Of a DNA stretch of 64,000 nucleotides, positions 37,440 through 50,181 are shown piece after piece. The stretch is from Takakia lepidozioides. Taxonomy: Eukaryota > Plantae > Bryophyta. The DNA is taken from assembly GCA_030704615.1 (NCBI GenBank), contig CM060734.1:23498001-23562000 (forward strand). Reading direction: 5' to 3'. The translations under genes and the position numbers were made by a program. Within the stretch, counting starts at the first letter, position 1, and every line of letters begins with the position of its first letter. The notes beneath the pieces are model-generated. The model was not told where the DNA came from. It worked only from the letters and a program-made list of their open reading frames with translations, and did no database searches.

Positions 37440-39556
37440 GCTCAAACAGTGTGCGTTGACGCACACTGTTTGAGCCTTCCATTTTGCTTGCTTGTTGATG
37501 TGTGAAACGACCAAATTGGGGAACTAGGGCAGGTTCAATCCACCACAAATTGGAAGCTCAAACAGTGTGCGTTGACGCACACTGTTTGAGCCCCCCATTT
37601 TACTTGGTTGTTGGTGTGCAAAACGGCCAGATAGGGCCACTATGCCCAGTTCAATCCTCCACTATTTGGAAGCTCAAACAGTGTGCGTTGACGCACACCG
37701 TTTGAGCCCCCCTTATCATTGTTCTTCTCACAAAAAAATTACCCAGCCAGGGTATCTCTTTGAGGTTCAATCATCAATTTCCTGGTAGCTCTAGCAGTGT
37801 GCGTCAACGCACACTGTTTGAGCTCACCTTGTCATTGTTTTTTTCGTTTCAAAATCGGCCACACAGGGCGTGTCTCTGAGGATCAATGAATACTTACCTG
37901 GTAGCTCAAATAGTGTGCGTTGGCGCACACTATTTGAGCCCACCTTCTCATTGATTTTTCATCTGAAAAACAGCCACAAACAGCATGTATTTGAGGATCA
38001 ATCATCACTTACCTGGCAGCTCAAACAGTGTGCGTCAACGCACACTGTTTGAGCTCACCTTGTCATTGTTTTTTTCGTTTGAAAATCGGCCACATAGGGC
38101 ATGTCTCTGAGGATCAATGAACACTTACCTGGCAACTCAAACAGTGTGCGTTGCGCACACTGTTTGACCCCACCTTCTCATTGTTTTTTTCATCTGGAAA
38201 TCGGCCACAAAGGGCATGTATTTGATGATCAATGAACACTTACCTGGCAGCTCAAACAGTGTGCGTCAACGCACACTGTTTGAGCCCACCTTGTCACTGT
38301 TTTTTTCCTGTGAAATTCGGCAATACAGGGCATGTCTGCGAGGATCAATGAACACTTACCTGGCAGCTCAAACTGTGTGCGTCAACGCACACTATTTGAG
38401 CTCACCTTTTCTCTATTTTTTTCATCTTCAATTCGGCCACAAAGGGCATGTATTTGAGGATCAATGAACACTTACCTGGCAGCTCAAACAGTGTGCGTCA
38501 ATGCACACTGTTTGAGCCCACCATGTCATTGTTTTTTTGTTTGAAAATCGGCCACACAGGGCTTGTCTGTGAGGATCGGTCATCACTTACCTGGCAGCTC
38601 AAACAGTGTGCGTCAACGCACACTGTTCGAGCCCCCCTTCTCATTGTTTTTTCGTTTGAAAATTGGCCACACAAGGCATGTAACTGAGGATCAATGAACA
38701 CTTACCTAGCAACTCAAACAGTGTGCGTTGGCGCATACTGTTTGAGCCCAACTTCTCATTATTTTTTCATCTGAAAAAGGCCACAAACATCATGTATTTG
38801 AGGATCAATCATCACACACCTGGCAGCTCAAACAGTGTGTGTCAACGCACACTGTTTGAGCTCACCTTGTCATTGCCTTTGTCATCTGAAATCGGCCACA
38901 TAGGGCATGTATTTGAGGATCAATCATCACTTACCTGGTAGCTCAAACAGTGTGCGTCAATGCACACTGTTTGAGCTCACCTTCTCATTATTTTGTCATC
39001 TGAAAAAAAGGCCACAAAGGGCATGTATTTGAGGATCAATCATCACTTACCTGGCAGCTCAAACAGTGTGCGTCAACGCACACTGTTTGAGCTTACCTTG
39101 TCATTGCCTTTGTCATCTGAAAATCGGCCACATAGGGTATGTATTTGAGGATCAATCATCACTTACCTGGCAGCTCAAACAGTGTGCGTCAACGCACACT
39201 GTTTGAGCCCACCTTGTCATTGTTTTTTTCCTGTGATATTTGGCAACACAGGGTACGTCTGTGAGGATCATGGAACACTTACCGGGCAGCTCAAACAGTG
39301 TGCGTCAACGCACACTGTTTGAGCTCACATTTTCTTTGTTTTTTTCATCTGAAAATTGGCCACTAAGGGCATGTCTTTGAGGTTCAATGAACACTTACCT
39401 GGCAGCTCAAACAGTGTGTGTCAACGCACACTATTTGAGCCCACCTTGTCATTGTTTTTTTCTTGTGAAATTCGGCATCATGGGGCATGTCTTTGAGGTT
39501 CAATGCACACTTACCAGGCAGCTCAAACAGTGTGCGTCAACGCACACTGTTTGAGC
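37440..39556. repeat. Intronic tandem array: 19 x ~115.6 bp, each unit with the 36-bp palindrome GCTCAAACAGTGTGCGT-(CA/TG)-ACGCACACTGTTTGAGC
   Basis: Palindromes start at 37440, 37556, 37672, 37788, 37904, 38019, 38135, 38250, 38366, 38482, 38597, 38712, 38826, 38941, 39057, 39173, 39289, 39405, 39521. Confidence 0.97.
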
Positions 39557-39582
39557 CCACCTTGTCATTGCTTTTTTCATTT

Positions 39583-41290
39583 GAATACTCCTTGCTGAAC
39601 TTTCTAAAGAAACAAGAGTGCCACACTGTGGCTCTCCATTTCCTCATCTATGCTTCGAAGGAGACCTTCGGTGCTGTCATAGTGATGCCATAGTCAGCCA
39701 GCTGAGTATGCAGAACCGACCGGGCCCTTTCTTCCAACTGCAAAACAATTCAAATGCAAGAATGAACCCAAAAACAATCACAGCGAATGTAAGAGGCAAT
39801 GGAAAGAGAAGGACAGGAAAAGAGAAAAGAAAGTGACACAGGAAAGGACATCACACCTGGCTCAAGTAAGTGGCCTTGTGAAGCCATGTGTCCAGCACAT
39901 TGTCACTGACAGGAATGACACGCTGGGTCTTCTTCTCTTTCTCCGGCCTGGGGAACATGTTGGTATCCCTAACTGTGGGATCGGAGTTCCATATCTGTAG
40001 CCACTTCACCTTCTGTTCTGAAGACACAACGGCGGTAGACAACCTGTGCAACTTCTCATGGGCCATCTCTGGCTTGCCTGGCTTGTTATAATGGTTTTTT
40101 ATCTCCAGGAGAAACTGCGATCCGAATGATGGGTCGGCAATTCTCAACTGCTTCACAAAAGCACTCATTATAGTCCTTCTTGTAGCGGTCATCTCTTTGT
40201 GGATGTGACTCTCAACCCCCTTTGCTGTCCTTCTCTCCTCAGGGGTTGAGCTGTAGTATTTTTGCCACGCTCCCCTGCTCTGCAATGTCTTGCTGCAAGG
40301 GAATGCACGAGAGTTGCATCAACCCAAGGTCAAGGGAAACAAACAGAAACAAACATGTGGAAGCAGGAATATGGAAAGGCTAGATGAAGGAAGATGTATC
40401 TCACCGTGTACATGTACTCCATGAAAGCCTCACGGGTCAACGAGTACCACGTTTCCGATGTCTTGGAGCTTTCGCACTTCTTTTACGTCTCTGTTGAAAG
40501 GATGGTCTTGAAGTTGGTCAAGGGCATCTGCCCGATCCTTTGTATCCTATACAATGTGTGAACCAGACTCGTTTTGACATGCGATGTCTCCGTCTCTCTG
40601 CACAATGATATCTGAAAGCCAGAATGAATTCAAGGACTTGAATCAAAGAACCACGGAACCACAAGTGGAACATGTAGAATGAGAAACCAACTTGTTCACA
40701 TCATTCATTGCCGTCAGAAGACCCATCATGTTCCCGTCACAATCTAGCACCATCGATTAAACAAAGTAATGCCACTCTTCCTCCTGTGAGTGCAGCCTCC
40801 CAATGACAGCCATCCATGCAAGCAACCGGTGGTTGCCATCCCAAACGTGAAACATCTTCCCTGAGAATGCCTGGGTGGAAGGTTTCCTGGAGAGAAGAAG
40901 TTCGAAGGATTCGTTCACCTATCTCCAAATGGGATCCCAGGAGTCCACGATTGACTCATCCACAAGGAGCTCATTGCCTCTGGAATCCTTTGTAGAAACG
41001 TAAAAGACTGCGGATCCATCCAAATACCCATGAACAAACTCGGCCTCCACCTTCAGGATGTCCTTAATGAGGGGTGAACGAACGACGGGCATGGAAACCA
41101 ACCTACACAGGGGAATCTTCAACCTCCCACCCGGGGCAAGCATACTTTGCACCACAAGCTGAGAGTTTACCTTCTGACCCCCCAGCATCTCAGCGGCTTT
41201 GCTTTCATAGAACTCATCGTCAACATCAACAATGATCTCCTTCCCCTGCCCCGAAGGGATCTCCTCCGCCACACTTTGCAACTTCTCCTG
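39583..41290 (-). pseudogene. Inverted block of the MULE-1 accessory gene (ParB-like and helical exons)
   Basis: IPLCRLVSMPVVRSP..FVHGY..AVFYVS, EKLHRLS..WLQIWNSDPTVRDTNMFP and VWHSCFF are homologous to MULE-2 exons 2-5 but lie on the opposite strand to the rest of the gene. Confidence 0.9.
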
Positions 41291-41589
41291 CAGGGTTGTT
41301 CATTCAAATTGATATAAGAGAGAGGCATGAAACGATGGTGTTTGAGCATGGCAGACAGGCCCTGTGTGGCCAAATTTCTCACCAGAAAACAATTGACCAG
41401 CAAGAAAAAGGAGAGGAAGCCTGGAAACGATGCCTTTACAGGTGCACACCCTGGGCCGTTCAGGCTACTTAGTGTGTTGTGGTTGCAATGTACTGTGCCG
41501 CATACTGTTTAAGGGGGTCTTCCTGGTGTGATGGAAAAGCTGAGAGACAATAATTGCATTGCATAATGAGGCTGTCTCTGTTCCTGCAG

Positions 41590-44227
41590 GTACATAAAGT
41601 TTGTTCTCATGGAAGAGAATTGCTTAGACAAACATCCAGATTTCGTGGACCTTTGGCTTGTCCCTGCTGGCAACCAGACCATGTTTACTACTGGGATCTT
41701 GCATGACTGGGGCCCATACCATCTTTCTTCTTGTGGTTGGTATTTGGATTGCCCTCCTTCTGAGACCCCAGCTCCGGAGGTGTCTTTGAGGAGAGAGAAT
41801 GAGCGTATTGCAGCCACTGCCGCAGCAGCCGACCTCGACATTCATGAACGAAATTTGAGGACTCTTGCAGAGAAGGAGCCTCCCGCTCAGGATACCCCGG
41901 GTAGAGGAAGAAAGGCAAAGGGAAAAGATGTTGCTGGTGTTGTGGGGAAAGGAAGGGGTAGAGGGAAGGTGGCACAAGGGCAGGGAAGTGTTGCAGATAT
42001 TGGCCCAGTCGTGCATGTCCAGCAGACTCCACCGCATGGTAGGGGATCCGTGAGAAAGAACAAGGGGGTGGTTGATCCCAAGGACCCGTACCATGCAGTG
42101 GAACATCCCACGAGGGTCATTCGCCCTACCAGGTTGGAGATGGCCAACGTCGGGTTCCTTGCCATGATGGAGTCCAAGAAATCTGATTTCAAGGGCGAGC
42201 CATCACCAGTGTGGGAGAGGATTGTGGAGTTCCTCGGCACGGTGCGTGTTCTCTTTTGCTTCTTCTCTGCTGTGGGCATAGATTGTTTCAATCCTCTTGA
42301 GTATTCCATTGTAATTTTGTTTGTAGGCTAAAATGACCAAATCCTGGGTGAACGGGAAGAAGAAGCCATATGCAGCCGAACTCATCATCTTGGACATCCC
42401 TGATGGGTTGGCAGTCCCGGATGTCCCTCCATCGGGTGCTTGTCCGGGTTGGAATGCTACCCACTATGCTCTTCTTTGCGTGGCTGACAACCGTGAAATA
42501 CTCCATCATCTTTGTGTAGCCAGGAGTGTCCTTGATTTCATTGCCAGTGGCCTTCCTGTTCACCTTCCCCTTGTGGGCCTCCATCGCCTTCTTCAATCTC
42601 ATTTTCTCCTGCCTTGTAGTCAGAGCACCTATGAAACCTTCATTGACACATTCGACGATTGTGGGTGTGGGGAGGGATTCCCTATCCGGAATGCGCACCA
42701 TAGTGTAGGGTCTGGAAGGTGGATCCTCGTACAGTGCCCTCTTTGCAGCTGACCCCCCCGAACGTTGGCCCTTCTGAATTTTCATACGAGGTGTGGCCCC
42801 TTGGGTGTTCTCCTGTTGGAAATTATCATAGTCGGAATTGTCTGCCTGAGTTTGATGGTGCTTCTTCTTCTTGGGTGTGGGGCTCTTGGTTTCCTGCCCC
42901 TGTTTCCACGTTCTTTTCCTCTTCTCCTTCGGTTGCTCAGCTGCCTGTTTGTCCATCTGCTCCTGGGCCAACTGGGCTGCCTTGGCCGACTTCTTGAGTG
43001 CTTTATATTTTGCGGCCTCCTCTGCTTTCTGTTTTGCGGCGTCCTGTGGTTGGGGATCCAGGTGCGCCTTGATTGCCTGAGCATTGGCTTTGTTCTTCAT
43101 GTTAACCTCCGACAGGTCAACAGTCCGACTTGGGAGGTCCACATACCAGGGATAGTCCACCAAATGCTCGGCATGCCACTCCTTCGCCCTGGCTTTCGTA
43201 TACATGACGCACGTCCTCCGGGTGTCCTCCACGCAAGGAAGCATGGCGGTACCCTTTGAATGGCTCCGGAGGGAATGAGAGCAAAATTTATGTACCTGCA
43301 ATCACGATTTCCCTATTACGGTGCCGAAATTCCAAGCACCCACATGAGCAACTACAGAAACTTTGCTGCTGTATTATCCTGCCGCAATTCAAGTTGCCAA
43401 TGCAGGGGGTATTTTGGCGCCACAATACCCATCGCAGCGTGGCTCAATTCATGGGGACAATGCGGGAAGCGGGCGATAAGGCTCGCATCATGTAGCAGAT
43501 TAATAGGCCTTGTTGTTAATGCAGAGCTCGGCATCCTTGCGAGTTATGGCTATGTGGTCTTCCGAGCCTCTAGGGAAACCAAAGACAGGTATAGACTACC
43601 GACCAGAAACGTTGTGCCGGTTCTATTTGTGTCAAAAATTGGACTGGGCTCACTCCTGTGGAGGAACACCTACAACGAGAGATACTGGAGCCACACATTT
43701 GGGTTTGCGGCCAACATGTTGGACGACGAGGGGTGTATTGTTGTGCTAGCATCCTCTTGAGAGGTGACTGAGAATGTTGTCAAAGTATGGACGGAGAGAA
43801 GTGCATCACCCATCCCGAGGAAGATTTGGACTTGCATCAACACGCAGGGTCTTGTCATCGAGGGCCACAAGGTAAGCTACACTACCACCTTATGTGAATT
43901 GCGGCGTCGAAATTGACCATGTGCGGGTGGGCGTTCTGTAACTTACTGCCTTCCTTGTTTGCAGACTCTTGTCTTTCAGGCATTCTGCTTCGTGAAGGAA
44001 CATTCAGAATTTCGATTCCGTCCAGCTGGCCGACTGGTTGACTCCACAGTCAATCCTTTGGAGTATGACGTCCTCTTCAACCATGTGGGAGAGAAGGACA
44101 TGCCACGCAACTTGGCGGGCAAGCCTTGGAGGTATGGCCGGACACGAAGTCCTGCTTTCATCCAGACGCTGATGGAAACCTGCACGGACATAGAAAGCAG
44201 GGTCTTGGACGTGACTGCCAATAAAGA
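41590..44227 (+). pseudogene. C-terminal exons of the MULE-1 accessory gene (amino-MTase-like), interrupted at 42461-43669
   Basis: [60 protein letters not shown]; collinear with MULE-2 exons 6-8. Confidence 0.85.
42461..43669 (-). pseudogene. Inserted antisense fragment of a third, divergent paralogue of the same accessory gene
   Basis: MYTKARAKEWHAEHLVDYPWYVDLP..EVNMKN aligns with MULE-2 MYTAGIARDWSRAHFRDCGWYLDLP..EVVLRN. The flanks PGWNA / YNERYW rejoin the host exon with a 1-nt offset. Confidence 0.7.
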
Positions 44228-44254
44228 GCGAATACATGTGTGATGTGTAGACAT

Positions 44255-45273
44255 AAGAGACTTTCTGAATAAGGTATTCATTAAGCACATGAAAGTGGCT
44301 GGTGCATTTGTGAGTCCAAAAGACATCACTGTATATTCATAGTGGCCAAATCTAATTCTGAAGGCCGTCTTAAACGTGTCCGAGTCTTTGACACAGATCT
44401 GATGGTATCCACTTCGTAGGTCTATCTTTGAAATACTTGCGCACCATGCAAGTAATCAAATAAGTCATCTATCCTAGGAAGTGGAAACTTGTTCTTTACA
44501 ATTAGTTTATTCAACCATTTGTAGTCCGCACACAACCTTAAAGTCCCGTCTTTCTTTTTCTTGAACAACACTGGTGCTCCCCAGGGAGACTTGCTAGGCT
44601 TAATATAACCTTTCTCTAGCAGCCAGCTGTCTCTCCAATTCTTCATTCTCCACCAAAGAATGCCTATAAGGAATCCTAGAGACAGGAACTGCTTCAGGAA
44701 CCAACTCAATGGCATGATCTACATCCCTTTCAGTAGGTAGTCCAGGCAGATCACTGGGAAACACATCTGAAAATTTAGACAGGACCTTATCTACTCTGTT
44801 GAGATTGTTCAACTCCACTTCAATGCCTTCGTCATCATTCTCATGAATGCTTACGAAGAACAGCTGACTGACTGTCTTCCGTATGCATCGCTTCATTTGA
44901 AGGGCTGACAACAAAGGAACATTGGGTAGGGCTCTCATACCTGTAAGCTTGAATCGCTTACCACCAGGCAACACCCCCTCCACTGAGCAATTTCGGCATG
45001 CCACTTGAGCGTCCACAGCTGCCAGCCATTGCATTCCCAAGATGATGTCGTACCTTGCGCCATCCCAGACCTCAAAATCTACCTCAGTGGTGATCCCTTG
45101 CATTGTGACAGGGATCTCCAAGCTTCTGTTGTTGGTAGATCCTGCATCTCCATTGGGCAACTGAATGGTACTGGTGCCAACCTCCTTCAACTACAGCTTG
45201 CACTTGTTTGCAAAATTTTGAGACAAGAAGTTATGGTTGCTTCCTGGGTCAATCAAAACAGTCGTGGTTTCTC
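44255..45273 (-). pseudogene. pol: Protease and truncated reverse transcriptase of gypsy-2
   Basis: [51 protein letters not shown]; ends before YxDD. Confidence 0.9.
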
Positions 45274-45640
45274 CAACGACGCTACCGCGTGAGCCTGGCG
45301 CGTGAGCGTGTGAGCGTACGCTCACACAATGATGACGTGGCGTGAGCCTACGCTCACGCTGCTGACATGGCGTGAGCCTGGTCCAGGTCATACGACGTCA
45401 CCACAAAGAAGGTGGGCCTATAACCGTGGAGACCACAACTGCTGATTTCCTTCCACAACTGCTGATTTCCTCACATGAAGGTGAAACGGATGAAGGGTTT
45501 TGGGCTTTCCTGGGCCTATAACCGTGGAGCCCCCAACTGCTGTTTTCACCACATGAAGGTGAAACGGATGAAGGGTTTTGGGCTTTCCTGGAGTTCAACC
45601 TTCTTTTAACAGGAGCTTGATTTCGTTCCCCCGTCAAATG

Positions 45641-45830
45641 AACTTCGTGTCGACAGAAGGGGGATTTGGAGAACTTCAACAAAACCTCGTGTTAACACGA
45701 GGTTGTTTTCCTGGAACAAAAATGAACCTCGTGTTGCAGCGATGTTGTTTTCTGAGAACTAAAATGAACCTTGTGTCAACACAAGGGGGATTTGGAGAAC
45801 TTCAAGTAAACCTCGTGTTGACACGAGGTT
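45641..45830. repeat. Five AACCTCGTGT-nn-ACACGAGGTT-type palindromes at exact 42-bp spacing
   Basis: Starts at 45641, 45683, 45725, 45767, 45809. Confidence 0.85.
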
Positions 45831-46013
45831 GATTTGATCATCTGTCTATCTGAAGGTAGTTTCTTGTGTTTGCTAAAAGAGAATGACAAACCAATGCGAC
45901 AAATGCGTTGACCCACAAATAGCAAAGATGTTAGATGACATGGGACATGCTGAGAGACACTGGACTTGAACAGTCATTCCATTACACACAATTGTCAAGG
46001 AAAACACAGATTT

Positions 46014-49000
46014 TTATGGGGTTGTATCCCGCTGTAGAAGTGTGTTGACTTCGTTGTAACTCATAGTAGCTTGGTGAATGAAGAAGTCGAGCTTTGGATC
46101 ACAAACCATCCTTCTCAAGAAGACGAAGTAAAGGTGTTTGCACGGTATGAACTTCCCTCTCTTTCCCAAACTACTTGAAAGCATACCAACAAAATCAGGA
46201 CATGTACAATTGGGAAAATTGGAAACAGTGATGTCGTACGTCCTGTCTTGCAGCGCAGATGCGGATGAGATCATGGTGAAGACCCGACCATACCCTGGAT
46301 CAGGCACTTCCATTGTTCCCCCAACACAAGCGTAAAGCATTCTGGCGGACTCAATTTTGCCGTAGTGTTCTGCGGTTGGAGGGAATCGTCGAACCAGCTT
46401 CCCATTCCGTCTGGTTGGCCACAAGTGAGCGTCAGGCGGAGGTACCCGTGAACCGCTTCCACTTGAAGCACCTTCACGTGCAATGGAATGTCTGGCCAGG
46501 GAAAAACCCGCCTCTTCCAGCATTGCAATCTCTCGATGAGTGAGACCTGTGCCCATCTTCACAGGCCACACGGTTGGTGGAGTAGGCTTCCTTACCACGG
46601 AAGGCCTCACTGTCCCATGCACACATCTCCCACAATCGTCAGCGCAGAACCAGAACTTGTGGTTCTTTGCCTCGCCTTGTCCGTAAGGGAGAAACAAACC
46701 CGTGAATGTAGGAGCTGCAGTGCGTTCTTTTCCCTCTGGATATTAATGATGTACATTTTTCATGATTGGTGGCCCTGATCGCCGCGCATTTCACACGCGA
46801 TCCAGCACTTGTGCGTTCTATATGCCAAACATCGTCCAAGCCCTCAGACTCGATTATATGCGACACCACGTTCTGGTCTTCAACCATTGCAGTGACAGTG
46901 CTTGATGCAGGGGTCCGGTCTGGGGCAGAGTAGCCCTCACCTGTGGATGTTCCGCAATTCCATCTCTGATCCAAGGGAACGCGTGGCGTCGAGAAGTTGA
47001 CCCTGTCCACCCTATGGGAATCTGCATCCGATCCCGGAGGGGTGTCCAATTTCCGTTTGCAAGACCCGAATCTCTCTTCGCCTTCCAGATGGGGAACTCT
47101 TCCCACGAGAGGGGTGCCATCTGCACATATGCTCACTGCCCGCGCTATTTTGCTAGGATCCCCTGATCTTCCAGCTGCCCGCAACATCAACTCGCTCCTG
47201 TCCGGACCTTTGCCACCAAGGCCACCCCTCAAGAATGACCTGTATCTGGTTTGCTGCTGTAGAGCACGAATAAGGTCATCGGCCGTCGTTGCATACAAAT
47301 CTCTCCCTTTTTTGCCGGATTGCTGCAACCAGGCATTGTGCACTGTCTCCGCAAGATTGCAAGAAGGCATGTCCGCCATCTCCTCAATGGACATATGCTG
47401 CAAGGCAAAAAAACACAAAGCCCATATTAGAGTTGGACCCTGAAAGATATATTGGAAGCACCCAAACAAACTTTTGAATGCAAACCACTCACCGTTGTCA
47501 TGGCCGCTCCCCACTGTCGGTAACGGAAGTGCCAAAATGCAAACCAGTCTTGCAGTGCCCTCATGCTGTCCTCCGATGCCGCTCCAGATGAGTACCACCA
47601 GGCACGAATTGTCTGGAACAATGTATTCGCTTCCCCCATAGTTTTGGCGTCTTTGTACTGTTTGCACAGTTGACGATGCATACTCTGCATATCTGGCTTG
47701 ATGTACGTCTTTGTGTGTTTGTCGAGGGATTGTGTCCAATGGAAAAGACACGTACGTTCTCTTCCAGGCATTGGCACTTTTGGATCTCCCGACCCGAACA
47801 CAATGCGGACAGCGTTGAAGTTAGCTTGAGCACTATCGGCCATGAAACCAACGAAATTGGGAGATGGGAGGCCATTGGAGGCCATAACACGAATGAGAGC
47901 TTCCCACATGAGCTGCTGTGAATCTGTGTCCTCTGACTGCATGTCACACACTACAATTGTCATGACCCGCTGGTACACAGGGTCGTAAACATGACATGCC
48001 ATTGTGGTCCAGTCTTTAACTCTCTTGACATGATCGAACATAAGGAAGCAGTTGCCAAGATCGCCACCCTTCTGCATACGTTTAACCAGGCTGACCCCGT
48101 TGCCCTCACCTTTTGTGGACATTTTGAACAAGAACACTTTCCTGGCTCCTTGTCCCGGGAAAACGCTGTCTTGGATGTAGTCGTACATGCTCATTTTCTT
48201 CAAATCCATAATATTGTCCATATAACCTCGGCTCCCAGAGCCCATTCTTAAAGCGTTCACCTGATTCCTAATGTTTGGAGAAGTCAAAGCAGAGAAATGG
48301 TCCATAACAGTGTCCAAAGTTGGTCCTTCCAGCATTCCTCCAACCGAATTTGATGCACACAGAATACGGCTTTCCAGAAAGGACTTGCTCGCCCCCATGG
48401 CAATTGCAGATGTGGTGCCAGTTGGATTGGTATCCAACTCTTGCCTTATCAGACGAGAGACTGTGTCAACGCTCTCCCTATAATCCCCCTTGGACACAGG
48501 GTGGTTGTGAAAACCGAAATGGACACAGGCTCTAGTCAGGTTTTTGAATCGATGCACCACATAATACATTCTGGCGCCACACAAAGCAAGGCAGCAAGGT
48601 GGTACCCTACAGAACTTGCACACAAAAGTGTTACTGTATGGTGGTGTTACCCCAGGCTTGAATGGATTCTCACTGACTCCATCCCATTCGCTTTGGTTTT
48701 GCACACCTGACAATGCGAAGTGTCTGCATTTCATGTTCTCGCATTTCAGGTGCCCATTACAGACTGTTCGCCTGAATATGAGGTTGTCGTTGTTGTGAAT
48801 ATTGGATGTTTTTGTGCGGCACCAAGGGTGCCCATCGTGCTTTTTGTCCATTCCTTCCAGGAGATTGGAAATCCCCCCCACGCGACCAGGAGGAGGCAGC
48901 TCAAAAACAGTATTACCATCAAACGATTCTGGCAAGAATGCCACCCTTTCAATATTGAAAGTGCTCCAGTCTATCCCCCTCAACTCACTCTTGAATCCTG

Positions 49001-49646
49001 CCATCCCACCCATCGCTTTCAATTTAGGAATGACACTGGAGATCTCCTCCACATCTGGTTCTACATATGGACATGGCTGATCCACAGGCGGTATTGCACA
49101 TGTGTCATCGGAGGATGAGTCCGAAAGGTCAACTACAGTGTTAACGGCAGTCGCCTCCTTCTTCACAACCACTGGTGTCTTCTCCTGGGCCACTGATGCT
49201 GCCGTGCCAGGAGTTACGAACGATCCTGCAGACTGTCTCAGAGGAGCACTGAGCACCCTGTATCTGCCTGGAGGCACTCTCCATTGCGTGGTTGGTGCAG
49301 TTTGCGATGGTTTCTGGAACGCGTACTTGAGCAGTTTTCCATTGGCATCGTACACTTCCCTCTGAAGGAATAGACTACCATTTTCCAACCGAAACTGCGT
49401 TGCGAGGACGAGTTCATGAACCACCGCAAAACCATCATCTTCCACCTCGTAAGAAAATGGAACAGGGTGGTCGTCACTGAAGAAGTCCGCGTCAAGGGAG
49501 CCCACAGCCTGGGAAGCCATATGTCGATGTTGCTTCAGAAAGTACAGTTCAAAGTCCGATGGTGCTTCTGAATGCAGGTTGTGTGAGAGTGGAGTTTTGG
49601 CGTCCTCATACACAATTGTTCTCTCAGAATTGCCCCACCAGTGCAT
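46014..49646 (-). CDS. Mutator-like transposase: GCM-like zinc domain, MULE DDE core, SWIM finger; one intron (47398-47492) and one frameshift (~46722)
   Basis: GCM-like DGHPWCRTKTSN..CNGHLKCEN..CKFC..CGARMY..HFGFHNHP; LMFDH, FMADSAQA, CLFH, NLAETVHN; SWIM CTCPDF..PCKHLYF. The true start is uncertain. Confidence 0.9.
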
Positions 49647-50181
49647 TAGCTGACAGATTCACTGACAGAGCCGCCAATGTCGTTGTCATGTCAGGGAGGC
49701 CAGAAGAGATGCCCATTTCCATTAAATTTTGACGGCAACTGCACCGCTGCACAACTGAATATAATTCACATTCCTCTGGAACATTCCACCCTAAATTACC
49801 CAACAATGAATTTTTTAAGATGAGAGTCGATTACACCCTAACGATTTTTGGATGGATGATGTTTGAATGATATCTGCCGTTATACATAGGGTTAGACCCC
49901 AACGAATTTTGTAAGGATGATGATTCATTGATCTCCGCCGTTAAACATAGGGGTAGAGATACCCCGATTACATTTTTGGAAGGATGATGTTTCAATAATT
50001 CCGGCCGTTTTACATAACGACTACATAGACACGTGTTCGCCATGCATGTGGATTGAGTCGGTGGCGCACTGAACGGTCCGAGCGAACATCTTGGCGTTGA
50101 AGGCCTCGCGATGAACCTCAGATAATGTTCTTTTTGCCTGAGTAACTCATTTTCTTTGCAACCCTGGATTCCGCAGAGACG

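Larger units (their letters stand above)
32052..44227. mobile_element. MULE-1: decayed, internally rearranged GCM/SWIM Mutator-like element, right end deleted
   Basis: Left end CAGCGTAGCTACGGCGTGAGCC resembles the MULE-2 left end CAACGACGCTACCGCGTGAGCC. It has GTGAGC repeats and the same two divergent genes as MULE-2, and breaks off against a gypsy RT fragment at ~44230. Confidence 0.85.

Noticed and set aside
37440-39556. CRISPR array (36-bp palindromic repeats at regular spacing)
   Set aside because: The ~80-bp spacers are homologous to each other, no cas genes are present, and the array lies in a spliceosomal intron
42461-43669. CACTA element (CACTA at 42462)
   Set aside because: No TAGTG or TIR at the other end, and the content is a paralogous exon fragment
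48400-48900. Host GCM transcription-factor gene
   Set aside because: The domain is in frame with a MULE DDE core inside a TSD-flanked element
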